This document shows, in pieces, positions 11,401-23,400 of a DNA stretch of 64,000 nucleotides. A program made the translations under genes and the position numbers. How positions within the stretch are numbered: the stretch's first letter is position 1; each line of letters begins with the position of its first letter. The DNA lies in the IMG/VR virus record IMGVR_UViG_3300037567_000704, positions 22,732 through 86,731 of that record. One strand, 5' to 3'. Origin of the DNA: a virus. Below the pieces are notes generated by a model. That model made no database searches and was not told the DNA's origin. It was given only the letters and a program-made list of their open reading frames with translations.

Positions 11401-14400
11401 GTTTATCGAGGTATTCTGCAATACATGTGAGTATATCGCAGGGTATTTCGAAGGATATCCAGCAATTGTTAATTGCACTCCTATACTTCCGAAGGTACTT
11501 CTCTTCATCATGTAGTAGTTATCCAGACGATGGTGTGTTAAATGCTTGAAATTATTAGATGAACCATCATCTGGGGCTATTTTGTGAACTATGCTCCACC
11601 AAGGAATATTGAGAGTGTAGCCCGGTGTGGAATTACTGAACAGTTTTGGATGATAAGGAAGTGTTCTTCTGGTGAAAGCAGGTGATTCAGTGCCTTCTAC
11701 CCCAAACGGGTTGTAGAGTAACAAAGGAGGTATGTTGGTGAACTGTTCACCGTGGTCAGGATTGATATCCAGCATAACCTCATTGATGAAAATCTCACAA
11801 CCTCTTACATCTGCTTGAGTTGTTTGAGCCAATAAAAGGGCAACTGCGCCTGTGCCGCTTATTCCAGAAGTCGCTGGTTTGCGTCCTATGACTGTATTCA
11901 CCTGTTGTCCTGTTAGAGTATAACTGCCACCATCAACGTGATATCCGATTAATTGGTTGGAAAAAGTATTCGGCTGTATGACGATTTGATACGCTCCTAC
12001 TCTTGCTGGGTCTGGGAAAAAATCGTCCAATGTATAATTTCCAGAGGCTTCCAAAACTACGGTATGGCCTCCTTGTTGGTTGATTTTTCCAGCAACACCA
12101 GTAGATGCTAAAACCCCGTAACCATCGTTTTTCAGTTTACTTTCGAACATCAAAGTGAATGCTCCACCATGAATATCGCTTGGACCACTAGGCGCAGCAT
12201 TCAACGAACCGAATGCAATTTCTGCATCTTGTAGATGAAAATAATTAGATACTCCTGACGCTATATCACTTTTTTCTGTGGTCGCTGTCGTATTTTCTTT
12301 GAGTAGATTCCTATCTACAGAGCCTCGCAGTGATGCATTTTCTGCAAGATGACTACGATACAGTCCTTGGTATACAGGGTGAGCCCAATGACCCGGAAGC
12401 ATGGGCATGGTCGGTGTGACGAAATGATGCCCCATTCTCGGTAGAGGCATTGGTGTAATCACCGCTTTGTTGTAGATGTTGTAAGCGAGAGTCTCTGTAT
12501 TGATGGTCCCGTAGGTCCCTGTCGAATACTGGGTTTTTGCCATGTCTGGGGAATTTCCACTCACTTCAGCGTGGTCTCGTAAACGACGTGCTGCGAAGAA
12601 GCGATTGCTTCCTGCGGGGATGTAATAGGAAGGAACCACTTTCAGATTCGTAATAGTTTGAGCAGCCATGAAGTCTGTAAAATCAACGTCACCCACAACA
12701 CCAGTGAATGTTTGTCCACTTATTCCGGTATACGAAGCCACTACACTTTCTTCAGTAGATGAATTGTAGATTCTGATAAAACGCCTACCAGTCGTTGTAT
12801 GAGCCATTTCCTTGCTACCGAAATCAGCAGCAAAAATATCCGTATTAGTGGTCGGCATTAAAACTGCAGCATTGACTGTCAAAGTTGTCCCACTGAAAAT
12901 ACTCGCAGTTAAAATTCTTGTCTCTACACCATTTTCGTGTGAAAAAACTGTCGGATAACGGTGAGTGTGACTGTGCCCCATTTTCGTAACGTGGAAGTAG
13001 AGAGTCCTGTCATGCTGTTCGTAACTGGTTCTCAATGGAGCGTTGTCTGTGGTCTCTTTCCAACCAGCAGTAGTGCTGTCCTTGGTCAATGGGTCTATGT
13101 GTTCCCAGTTGTGGTCTTCGTATGTCGGTCCCTTTCTCGGACCAGAGACGCTGTTGTCGAACAAATTACCCAGATAATCCTCATTCAAATCAGCATGCAT
13201 CATTCCTCCTGAACCCATAGTTTCGTTCTGATAACCTTGCAGTCTATCGAATCCTGACCTCACGATGATGTTTCCGGGTATGCTGTTCGGGTCTGGTAGT
13301 TGTATTTTCAGATTGGGGGCTATACCACTGTTTGCAAGAGACGGGGACATTCCTTTGGCCTCTCTGTCAGTTACTTTGCTGAAACCTCGAATGATGGTCC
13401 CCAGTGGGCTACCGCCCTCGATTATGTGCTCTTGCCCGGAATCATCCTTGACGGTGATTTCCTCGAACTGCATTTCCTCGTTCGGAATATTCAACACGTT
13501 TCCTATCAACAGGGGATTTTTGCTCGCTAACTGAGGATGGGCTATTTCCTGTGCTTGTAGAATTGGTAGCATAGCACTGTTTGTAGTCTCGAAAGAAAAT
13601 CTCACATTCCCGAAAATCTTCTCTCCAGTAGTATACGCTACGCCGTTTTTCACCCTCGTCATCCAAGGGACAGCGCCAAGCCCTCGTGCGTTAATTGCAG
13701 GAAGACTGAGATTTCCGCCATCCATTCTCTTCCATACTATTTGTTCTACCGTGAAGTTTTTCGCAGGCGCTCTATCATAGAGGGCGTATGCATTCACATC
13801 TCCTGCCCAAAAATCATTGACTCTCAAAGTAGAACCGTTATCATATTCTGTCGTATAATCCACATCTTCATAGAAATCATCTGCAACATTGCGCGTCACT
13901 CCTGAGTCTTCCAAGAAGAAAGAGCCTATGGAGTGGTCAATATCGAAGAGCATATCTCCTGTTTTGTGCAATCCGGGTATGGCGTTTTCCACTGTGGTGT
14001 TGGTGGCGGCAGCCCCATGCAGGAAGTATTCGGCATTGAATGGCGCAGCATCTGCTCCATGCGTAGCGGAAAACGTGATTGAGGGAACAGTAGGAGTCTT
14101 ATGCACCAGCGCTTCTACATTAGGCCCAGCATTCGCAGGTGCGATGAAACGGTCTTGACCGTGGAACCTCTCGTCCCAACGTGTCGTGCCAGCATAATGT
14201 ATGGGATTTGAAACACTGTTAGCAGCCGCCCCTTTGACTTGTAACCAGTCTCCTAGAGCAGTTATGCCATCTCTGTCATATTTTGCTATGAGAGCGCTCT
14301 CGCACTCGTAACTCACGACGAGGAATGCTCGACCCAACACCCCTTGTGGATGAGTCATGAAATCCGGTAGTGTGGTATCAACGTAAATCGGGGGTTTTGA

Positions 14401-17400
14401 GTGGAGTGTGTCTGGCCCATCATTATCAGATGTTTTTCTCGCTCTGGTGTAACCTGTATCATGGGCCAATGTGAATCCTGTAGTATTGGCGTAAGGGACA
14501 TTCAGGAATCCCATGAGATTAACGCCAAGATTGTCTATTGGTGGTAGACTCTCAGGACTTCTGGGCATAGGAGCCACCACTGGTAGATTACCAAATGCAG
14601 TCATAGCAGAACTGGCACTGCCATAAGGAGAGAATCCTAACATCGGATGCCAAGCGCCTAGACCCCCAGCATACCCTTCTGTGCCCACTTTGAGGCTGTT
14701 CAAGTAGGAATAGCGCTCTCCGGCCCATCCTGCTGCTCCTATCGGTCTGGTGCGGTCTATGGCATCAACGATTCCAGAGAAGTGAGTCTGGCACATATGG
14801 TCGCGTGTTGCCGCTACTTCGTTGTTGTAACGATGAACTCCTGCTTTCGACCAGACATGTAACACATCACTAGCGCTTATGGCTGGGAAGTCACTGATAG
14901 TTCCATCAGTATCATACCAAGTGGTTCTGTCTTCAAACTTCATCTGCCCGCTTATCCTGTTAGGAGCAATGTAGAACCTCACTTTGAGAGTAGAGTCGTT
15001 ATTCACCTCTCTCGCATAGTAAGGAGCAAAGCCGCCAGCAGCAGTCCTCAGCCAGCCGCATGCCGGTATCTGTTCCAAACGGTCTCTATTGACTGTATTG
15101 TTAGCAGTATAGCCGCTCATTTCCACAGTGATGTGATTGTTGCTTGGCGTTGTATTTGAATTGGTGATATTGGTGCATTCGACTTCTACCCAACCATATC
15201 GGTCCTGTCGCATGGAATTACCCATAGACGGCATGTGTGTCCCTCCCATCGCTTTGAGCGCCCCTGCTCCGGGATAGGTGTTGATTGCCATACCCATCAC
15301 TGTGGCGAGTTCCTCTCCATTCTGGCATCTAGTCGCATCAACGATGATGTATTCCATATCCACATCAGCGCCTACCAAATCTCCTTCGGCTGCTGCATAA
15401 CCCAATACCTTCGTGGTTATTGGACCAGCGACTCTGTATGCGCTTGAGTGCAACTGTGTTGCTGCTCCCCATTTTTGCAGGATTGTATTGCTCTTGGGAT
15501 GAGGCGGGTTGAATGTGATTTGGTTGTCCATCCAGTGTCCTCCGGGATGGTAGCCTCCATCCATGTGGAAGACCATATCAGCAGCCATTGCCACACCATG
15601 CCCTATCACTGAGCAGTGCCTCATTGGATGGGCCCTGTCTAGTTCGTCGTTTATTCCGGATGTGGCTGTGTCTGCGTTGAAATGAGTCCCATACATCCTT
15701 CCTGACTCTGGTCCTTGTTTGAGTATAGCCACATTGGGCTTTCCTTGTGGTGGCTCCCAGTTGATAGTGGAACGCCAGTGGAATCTGCCTCTCGCCAATT
15801 GATATGTCGAGGACTCAGGCATGTAGAAGCCATCGTAGTTCTGTATGTGATTCGGTAGTTTAACCGTCCCAGACACTGGGACTTTGGACCAAGTGTTACC
15901 TATCGTCACCACTGCTCCGGGATGAGGCTGCTCTGTGTTAGCACCACTCATGTTAGCGCTATCTGCTATCTCTTGGGTGAACGGGAATGCCTGTCCGGGA
16001 CCGAAGACGATGTATGTGGTCTTGTTCTCCACATTGCTCGTGCCACTGCTGTTCTTGTGGTCCTCGTAACGCGCTGTGGGATGAGCGAATCTCAGTATGA
16101 GTGGGCTTGGTTTCTGAACTCTCACTCTGAGCGATGTCGTGGAGTGATTGTATGGGGAGGTATTACCGCTGTTGGGATGCCCGGTGTTTATCGTAGTCCC
16201 TGTCTTTGAGAGGTCCGGGGATAGGATGCTATCTTTGTTGAAGAACGGCGGTAGTATGCTGCCACGATGCTGATTGCAGAATGCAGCGCCGGGGAAGAAA
16301 GCGAACATCGCATTGCAGTCCAACAAAGCGAAACTGGTGGATATCTCGTTGGCATTCTGTATTCCTGAGGTCCCTGTGGGTCCGTTCGCATAAGGATGGG
16401 TATAGAATGTGGAGTAGTCATTCATAGTCCCGTCGTTTATATCGAGGGTCACACCGCTGAATCCACCACCGAAGAATAGTGGAACGCTGTGGTCCACACT
16501 GCCCTTCCCTCCTTTGAAATGAACTATGGGTTCTGAGAAAACACTACCGAGAGAACGAAGCCCGTCGAACTCCATTGTTCTCTTGATGTCTCCGAAATGT
16601 GAGAATGCAAGTGTGTCGTCTATATCAGCAGTAGGCCAATCCTCGGACCTGCCTTCCTCATACCATACCAATGTAGTCTTGTTAGTCACAAAAGAAGCAG
16701 TGCCGGGATTCAAACCCTCGACTACGATGAATTGCTTATCAGCCATGTAGATTGTCTTCTTCTCACCGAAGGATGGAACTCTGTCTGTGTTTCCCTCCTC
16801 CCCTGCCGGTATCAGGAAGTTCCACATCTCATGAGCCAAAGGGAACTGTTTGGTCGTTCCATCCCAATTATCACTATTTCCAGCAGAGTTGTCGTAAACA
16901 ACAATCGGGTTGTTTATCATCGGTAGGATGTGGTCACCACTGTGTCTGGTGAAACTCTCTCCTTTGAGGTTCCTTCTCCATTCATTGGTGTCCACCGGGT
17001 TGTTGAAGGAGTCCACGAGTAGTGGTGTTGCTGTATTGGTGTTCGGTCCTCTGCCTCTTGTTATGATTTGTAAGACTGTGTCGGGTATGTAACCACAAGC
17101 CATTCTCTTCTGATTTTTGATATCGGTATTTGAAAGGGCTCTAGATGTCCCGAAAGCCCAACCAGAACCAGTATTATCAGTCTTCTCAACCTCTCCTAAC
17201 TCTATGTGTGCTGCTTGTATTCCCATGTCCCGATGAAACGAGGCATAGAAGAAGTCAGAAAGGGGTTTGACTGGTTTCGTTGTGTCATAACTTCTGATTA
17301 TAATTGCGTCTGCAGCAACTCCCCATTCTCCAAACGTCCTACCATCTGTCGCATACATCTCTCTGCAATCGAATGCTAAACCCTTTGGATTGTTGATATC

Positions 17401-20400
17401 TGAATCATCAGCGTTGATTGCTGCGGTTGAGATTACTGCAAGCAACTCGTCAGTGACTATAGTGGTCCAGTTCAATAATGGTGAAATCAAATATGAATTA
17501 ACAAATGTGTCTCCATTCTGTGAACTCTTTATCCCGAAGAAAGTATGTGGTCCACTTTTGTTGTTCTGTGTTCTATGAGTATAGGAGAAGGTCATGCCCC
17601 CCTTTCCATCTTGAGAATCCGTGATTTGGATGACTCCATTCTTCAGAGGAAAGCCGAGATAACCGAGTATGTCATGATGTGCACAAGTGTCTCCGTTTTG
17701 AAACGGTCTCTCTAAACTCACAGTAAGACTTGTAGCATTAGCGCTCTTGCTTATAGTGCAATTCACCGCTATGCTAGGCGCACTAACCCCTCTCCACCTG
17801 TTGCCACAATAGGCTTGGTCTGTAATAGAAACAGCAGAGCCAGACCCTCCAGAAATGTCCAATCTACCAGAAGCGTCTCCACTACCATACATGTGTTTGC
17901 CCATAGTGAATCCACCAAGACCCACGTCTCTGTCGTCAATGAAAACACACACTTCGTTGGATATTGTGTCTGGCAGGGTGGTGTTCTCGTTTGCGAAGCC
18001 CTCACCCATAGTCCTGTAGATAAATCTCAGACCGTGTTTTCCTCCTCTGTGGTCCTCGAACTGCAGTCCATACAAAGAGGAGTTTCCCACTACATCCGAC
18101 TTCAAGTCAGAGGAATTGGTATGACTGGTATAAGAGACATCAGTGAGACTGCCGTATCTGCCTCTGAACTTTTGAGAGCCCTTCTTGCCGAATCCCCACA
18201 CACCTGCGTCTGGAGCCCAACCGGGAATGCCAGATGCTACAAGTCCACCGAAGTTCACTCTCCCTATCGCTCGCTTACCTACTCTCAGACCCTCTACCAA
18301 TACTGATGATGAGCCCTCAGTCTCGAAAGACTCGGTATTGACTGTATTGAACTGTTTACCACTACCCAAATGGTGAGATGTTCCCCTCAACACAGAGGCA
18401 TCTGCATCTGTTACATTATCATCGAAGGTCACGAAGTCGGTATTGCTCACTACATCTTCACCAGAGTCCTCTGGGGTGACGTATTGTGTGAGTGTGGTGA
18501 CAGGAGCGAAAGGTCTACCATGCTTGTTGAGAGGCATGGGAGCGGGATGCATGTTCTCTCCCTCCTTCTCCTCAGGCAATGCCCAGAAGTTCCTCCAACG
18601 TCCTCCATGTCCAATGAGGAACTCAGGCTGATAGACTGATTGTCCCTTGCTGTTATCCAGCCAAACGCAGAAGTTCCTACCACTCGCTCCCGGCACAGTG
18701 CTATGTATCACCACAGTGAATCCGATATTTCCGTTCTTGTCTTGCACCTCTCTGCCTATGTGTGCTCTGACATAGCCCATGTGAGTCCCTCGGTCACGAG
18801 TGGAGAACGCCTTGTCACTGTCCCACCAAGCAGTCGGGTCATGAGCACTGCCTGTAGTGTCCTTGTCCACTACTATCTGTCCCTTAGGCGCTCCTGCTTG
18901 GTTGATTTGACGAACAATCTCCAATGCAGCAGACTTTACAGATACCACTCCGTCCTTCTGAGCCACAGAGCCACAGTCTACCGTTAATCTCCTCACGAAG
19001 TCCATGTCCGTCCACTGTTTGAGGTGCTGCAAACGAGATTCCGAATGTGATGTAAGGTCGAGTGCATTTGCTCTTTTTCCTTTAAGGCAAAGGAAAGCAG
19101 GTATGACGCGAGTTCCGTCTGGGGTATCGAAGAACGTGGATGGGTCTCTGAGAGTATGAGAAATGCTAGTATCTGTCCTCAACTTGACTAGAGAGGTAGT
19201 AAAACTATCTGATACAGAGCGTTTCGTTCTTGAGAAACTGTGGTCTGGATTCGCTATGAGTGGATTGACTGTATTGTCGTTGGTTCTGAGTAAGACGCTG
19301 TCTCCTTCTGAGAAGGTCTGGTAAGCACCGTATATCGAATACCCATCATGGACGTGATGCCCATGAGCCTTTCCATATATGCCCGGAGACAAAGAGCCAC
19401 TTGCATAGTTGAACATGCTGTTCGGCAGAGTCCCGCTATTGAGTGAAGTAAGTAATCGAGTGGATAGGCTGTTCGCTATATCATGAGCATAGGCACTCTC
19501 GATGAACTTGGATTGCTGAACACTGCGTATGTATGGGTTCTCGCTTGGGAAGCCGTTAGCAACGTCTATCTGAGTAGTAAGCCAAGAAGGTCCTCCGCCA
19601 TTTAGTGTAGCGGCGTATTCCATCGTATCTGAGATTACATTGCTTGTACCAATCACCATCTTCTTAGGCCATCCAATCTTGACAGCATCAGCGCTAGTCT
19701 GAACCTGCATATGCAGGTCTTGGAATGCCACGAACTCCCTGTCATGGGCGACATCATAGAGAAGAACACGAGCATGTCCATCCTCTGAGAGATAGGGGTC
19801 CACATAAGCGACCTTGGGCGCTTGACTCGCTGTCAGACCGAGAACCTTGTAATTCTCCTCTACAGTCTTGTTCACATGCTGGGCGTAATTCTGTGCAGTT
19901 TCAAGACAGGTGTCTCCAATTAGGAAGTTTTCAAGCGGTATGCTCTCTCTCGGTCTTGTGGCTAATGCTCCCTTACCACCGTTGAACCCCGTCCACACTA
20001 ATGCCTCATTGAGAACCCCTCTGCTCTTAGAGAAGAGTCCCTCTATGGAATGTGGGTTGTTCATACTCATGTTGGCCCATATCGTATCGCCACTACGCAG
20101 TCCACCCGGAGCATATGGATAATTCCAAGTTTTGTTCAGGATTGCCTCATCATCATCTACCTGCGGCATTTCAATACGAAGAGGCTTGCTACTGGTATCG
20201 TTTTGGCAACTCCCAGTCAGAGTCACTGTGTAAGTTCCGTCATCATAGTCCTCTATATGAGACACTGTTCCGATATGTAGAATCTTACTCGCAGTTTCTT
20301 CTGAGTATATCGAATCCCCCTCTCTGAGGTTCAGACCCGATATTGTGTTCGAACCGGCCAATCTACCATTCCCATTGGTAATAGTGCAGGTTGAGACGAG

Positions 20401-23400
20401 AGTTGATGCTGAGATAGTCCAAGCATCATCTCCTGCTGGTTTGAAAGTCTTGGCGATAATCTCATTGTTAGCAGCCTTGGTTGTATTGCTTGGAGGAGCA
20501 CCACTTACGTTTCCGAATATGCTCCTCGTCTTCTTAGTGAGCGTTATCTCATTACCGGGCAGATTGGTAACCCAAGAAGGCTTACTGTTACCAGTATCAT
20601 AAAACACGAACATTAGAGTGTTGGCAGATACAACCTCATTAGAGGTGTTCTTGCTGATTCTTCCATAGTAATGCATGCTGCTCGGAGACAGAGAAGCACT
20701 TGCATCTGCTTGATAGAGATACTCTCCAGAACTGAAGGTATATGTATTCATATCATCATAATCTAAATCTGGGAACAGAGCCATATCCTCATCACTCATA
20801 GTTACAATTAATTCATGAATGAACTTAGAACTAGCGCCATCCAATACTGACCACTCTACGTTAGTCACTACGCCTGTGGCTCTACCACTCATCACTTTAG
20901 GCGCGTGAGGATTGCTTTCCGGTCCAGCCTTGAACTCCACCGCGCTGACATACTGTCTGATACCGTAATCCACATTGCCTCCCTGTGTCTTCGCGCTTGC
21001 ACTGTCATGGTAGTATTCACCTCTGTTCTCGAAATCAGAGGACGGGGTTATGCTGTCAGAGCCTATGGGTATGAGTCCCTCTGATAGAGAAGGGCCACCC
21101 GGTGAAACGGCTGCTCCCACTACAGCGCTTTCTACAAAACCGCTTGAGAAACCCCAATTGCTATCATTGGGTATTTTGAGATACCGTGTGCCCACCAATG
21201 GTATGTCTTCGTAATATGCCCATTCCCCATTAGCGAGGAACACCTTACGGTAGTTTCTCACGTTACTGCCGACGTTCTGGTATGATGCATCGCTCAGACT
21301 TACACTGTGGAACAACTCGCTATTGTCTGGGTGAAGGTGATAGAATGAGGCAACTAACTCGAACTTGTCAATACGGGTTATGGGCGTGAACTTCTTCTCC
21401 GCCTTGTTCATCGTGAAGGAAGACCTCGCCTCTCTATCTGCAGGCTCTACTCCCTTGTGTCTCCTACCTACAGGGCTGGGGTTGTATGTGTGTGCAGTCT
21501 GAGTAGCATCAACATGAATCTTGAAGGAGTTGTCTGGTCCGGGTAGAATACCCTTCTCAGGCTCATCGAAGAATTGGTTAGCAAAGAATGGAATCTCCAC
21601 TATCGCTCTCGTACTCGCGTATTGTGTTCCCAACTGGTAATCATGAGAGACATCGTTCATAGTCTGGAACATCCTGTCATTGACAGTGGTCCCATCCTCA
21701 GCAAGCGATGACTCATCGAAGAACTCGTCATTGAAGAACGACGTTGAGATATACATGTCGCTACCATTAGAGACTGCGCCTAATGCTGTCTCTGTTGCCT
21801 CCAACCATTGAAAGAAATTTTGGAACTCGGTTCCGTTCGCTAACAAGAACTTACCATCGCCAAAAGCGCTAGCAGCAGTGAATACGAACTCGTCTCCGTC
21901 CTTGGAATCGTAAAGAGCATTAGAACCGTCCTCCAAGTAGACTCTGCCCTTCATCGGGAATCCGTAAGTCCCCCAAGACGCAAGGTCGTCTGCTTCGTTG
22001 TTGAGTGGTTTGACGTAGATTTTACCACCATTAGTCGTAGTTGTGATTCGGTAACCAAGTGTAGCACAGTTCCTCCTCGTGGAGAAGGGCAAGCGTGCTA
22101 ACGGACTGGGGTCAAACGTCGGTTTGGTGTCCATAGCCCCTTGTCCGGGACCACCGAGAGTAACCGTGACGACAGGCGCATTGGGTTCTATCTCCTTGAC
22201 TATGTGAGAGTCCGGGCTGCCTTTACCTCTCACGCTCACGTTCCTGTTGGCTGTGGATTCTGACAGACCCACGCAATGGACAGAGGTGAAGTTCTCACCT
22301 TCCTTGTCTGACTCTTTGACAGAACGGACTCTGGCTCTCGACATGAGATACATGAGTGATACAAAGTTCGCCTCCTCACCATCACTAACGGAAGAACGTA
22401 TCTTTGCGAGTTGATTCACTCTTCTTCTGTCAGAAGGCTGTATGAACAAACGCATTCCTTCCTTGTTACCACTGATGGAACCATTGTCAATAATATCGAA
22501 CATCTCGTGAATATGTGTATTGGAAGAGGTGACCCCCTTGTCGAATTCACCGTTGGAAGGAGAATCGAGGACCACGCTAGGCTCCCTTCTGTGAAACTCC
22601 CCCTTGTCCGTCAAAGTCTGATTTTTGTCTCCATGGAATGTATCAATCACTATACGATGAAATACCGAATCATGACTTGTGCTCGGTGAATGGGAAGCGG
22701 TTATGATTTGTGGAGTAGTATTGGGATTTATGTTTGCAAGAACCCCTACATACAATTCCTCCCCATTGATTAGGGCAACTGCTCGATTCTCGTCCAATGT
22801 GATATCATTTCCTATTGATGCTATTATACCCACGAAAACCAGACTGGAGGTGTAGATAGTATCATCCACTGCGATATTGACGTTACCAGTTGTATTACCT
22901 GTTGTGGTTATCGTATTGCCGCCACCAGCATTCTGATTACCGCTAACAGTAATACCTGTAGGAGTCAGTGGTTTGTAGTTGATAGGAGTGAGACTCTCAT
23001 CCAACTCGTCATCAGACTCATAGCCTTCACTCGTATCTCCAACAAGAGAATGTGATTGTATCAGATTACCGACTAATTGCTGACCTTCGAATCTCGCTTC
23101 TATGTAACCTCCGGGAGCATAAAGGGTAGCAGTGATAGAAGCGCTGGTCACTGCAGTTTTTATCAATTCGTATATGGTAGTGGTTCCTGTGACCACTGTG
23201 GTCCCTGCAGGAACGGTCTTTTCCACCATCAACAGGGGTTGGATAGTGCCACTCATGCTTGCGCCAGTCAAATCAATAGCGTTGTAGTAAATTTTGACGA
23301 ATGGGGCTAAGTCGTAAGTAGAAAGTGCTGGAACATGTAATATGGCTACCCGACTCTCCTCACTTGGTCGTAAGTGATGCCTTCTGGTCTCAGCATTGAT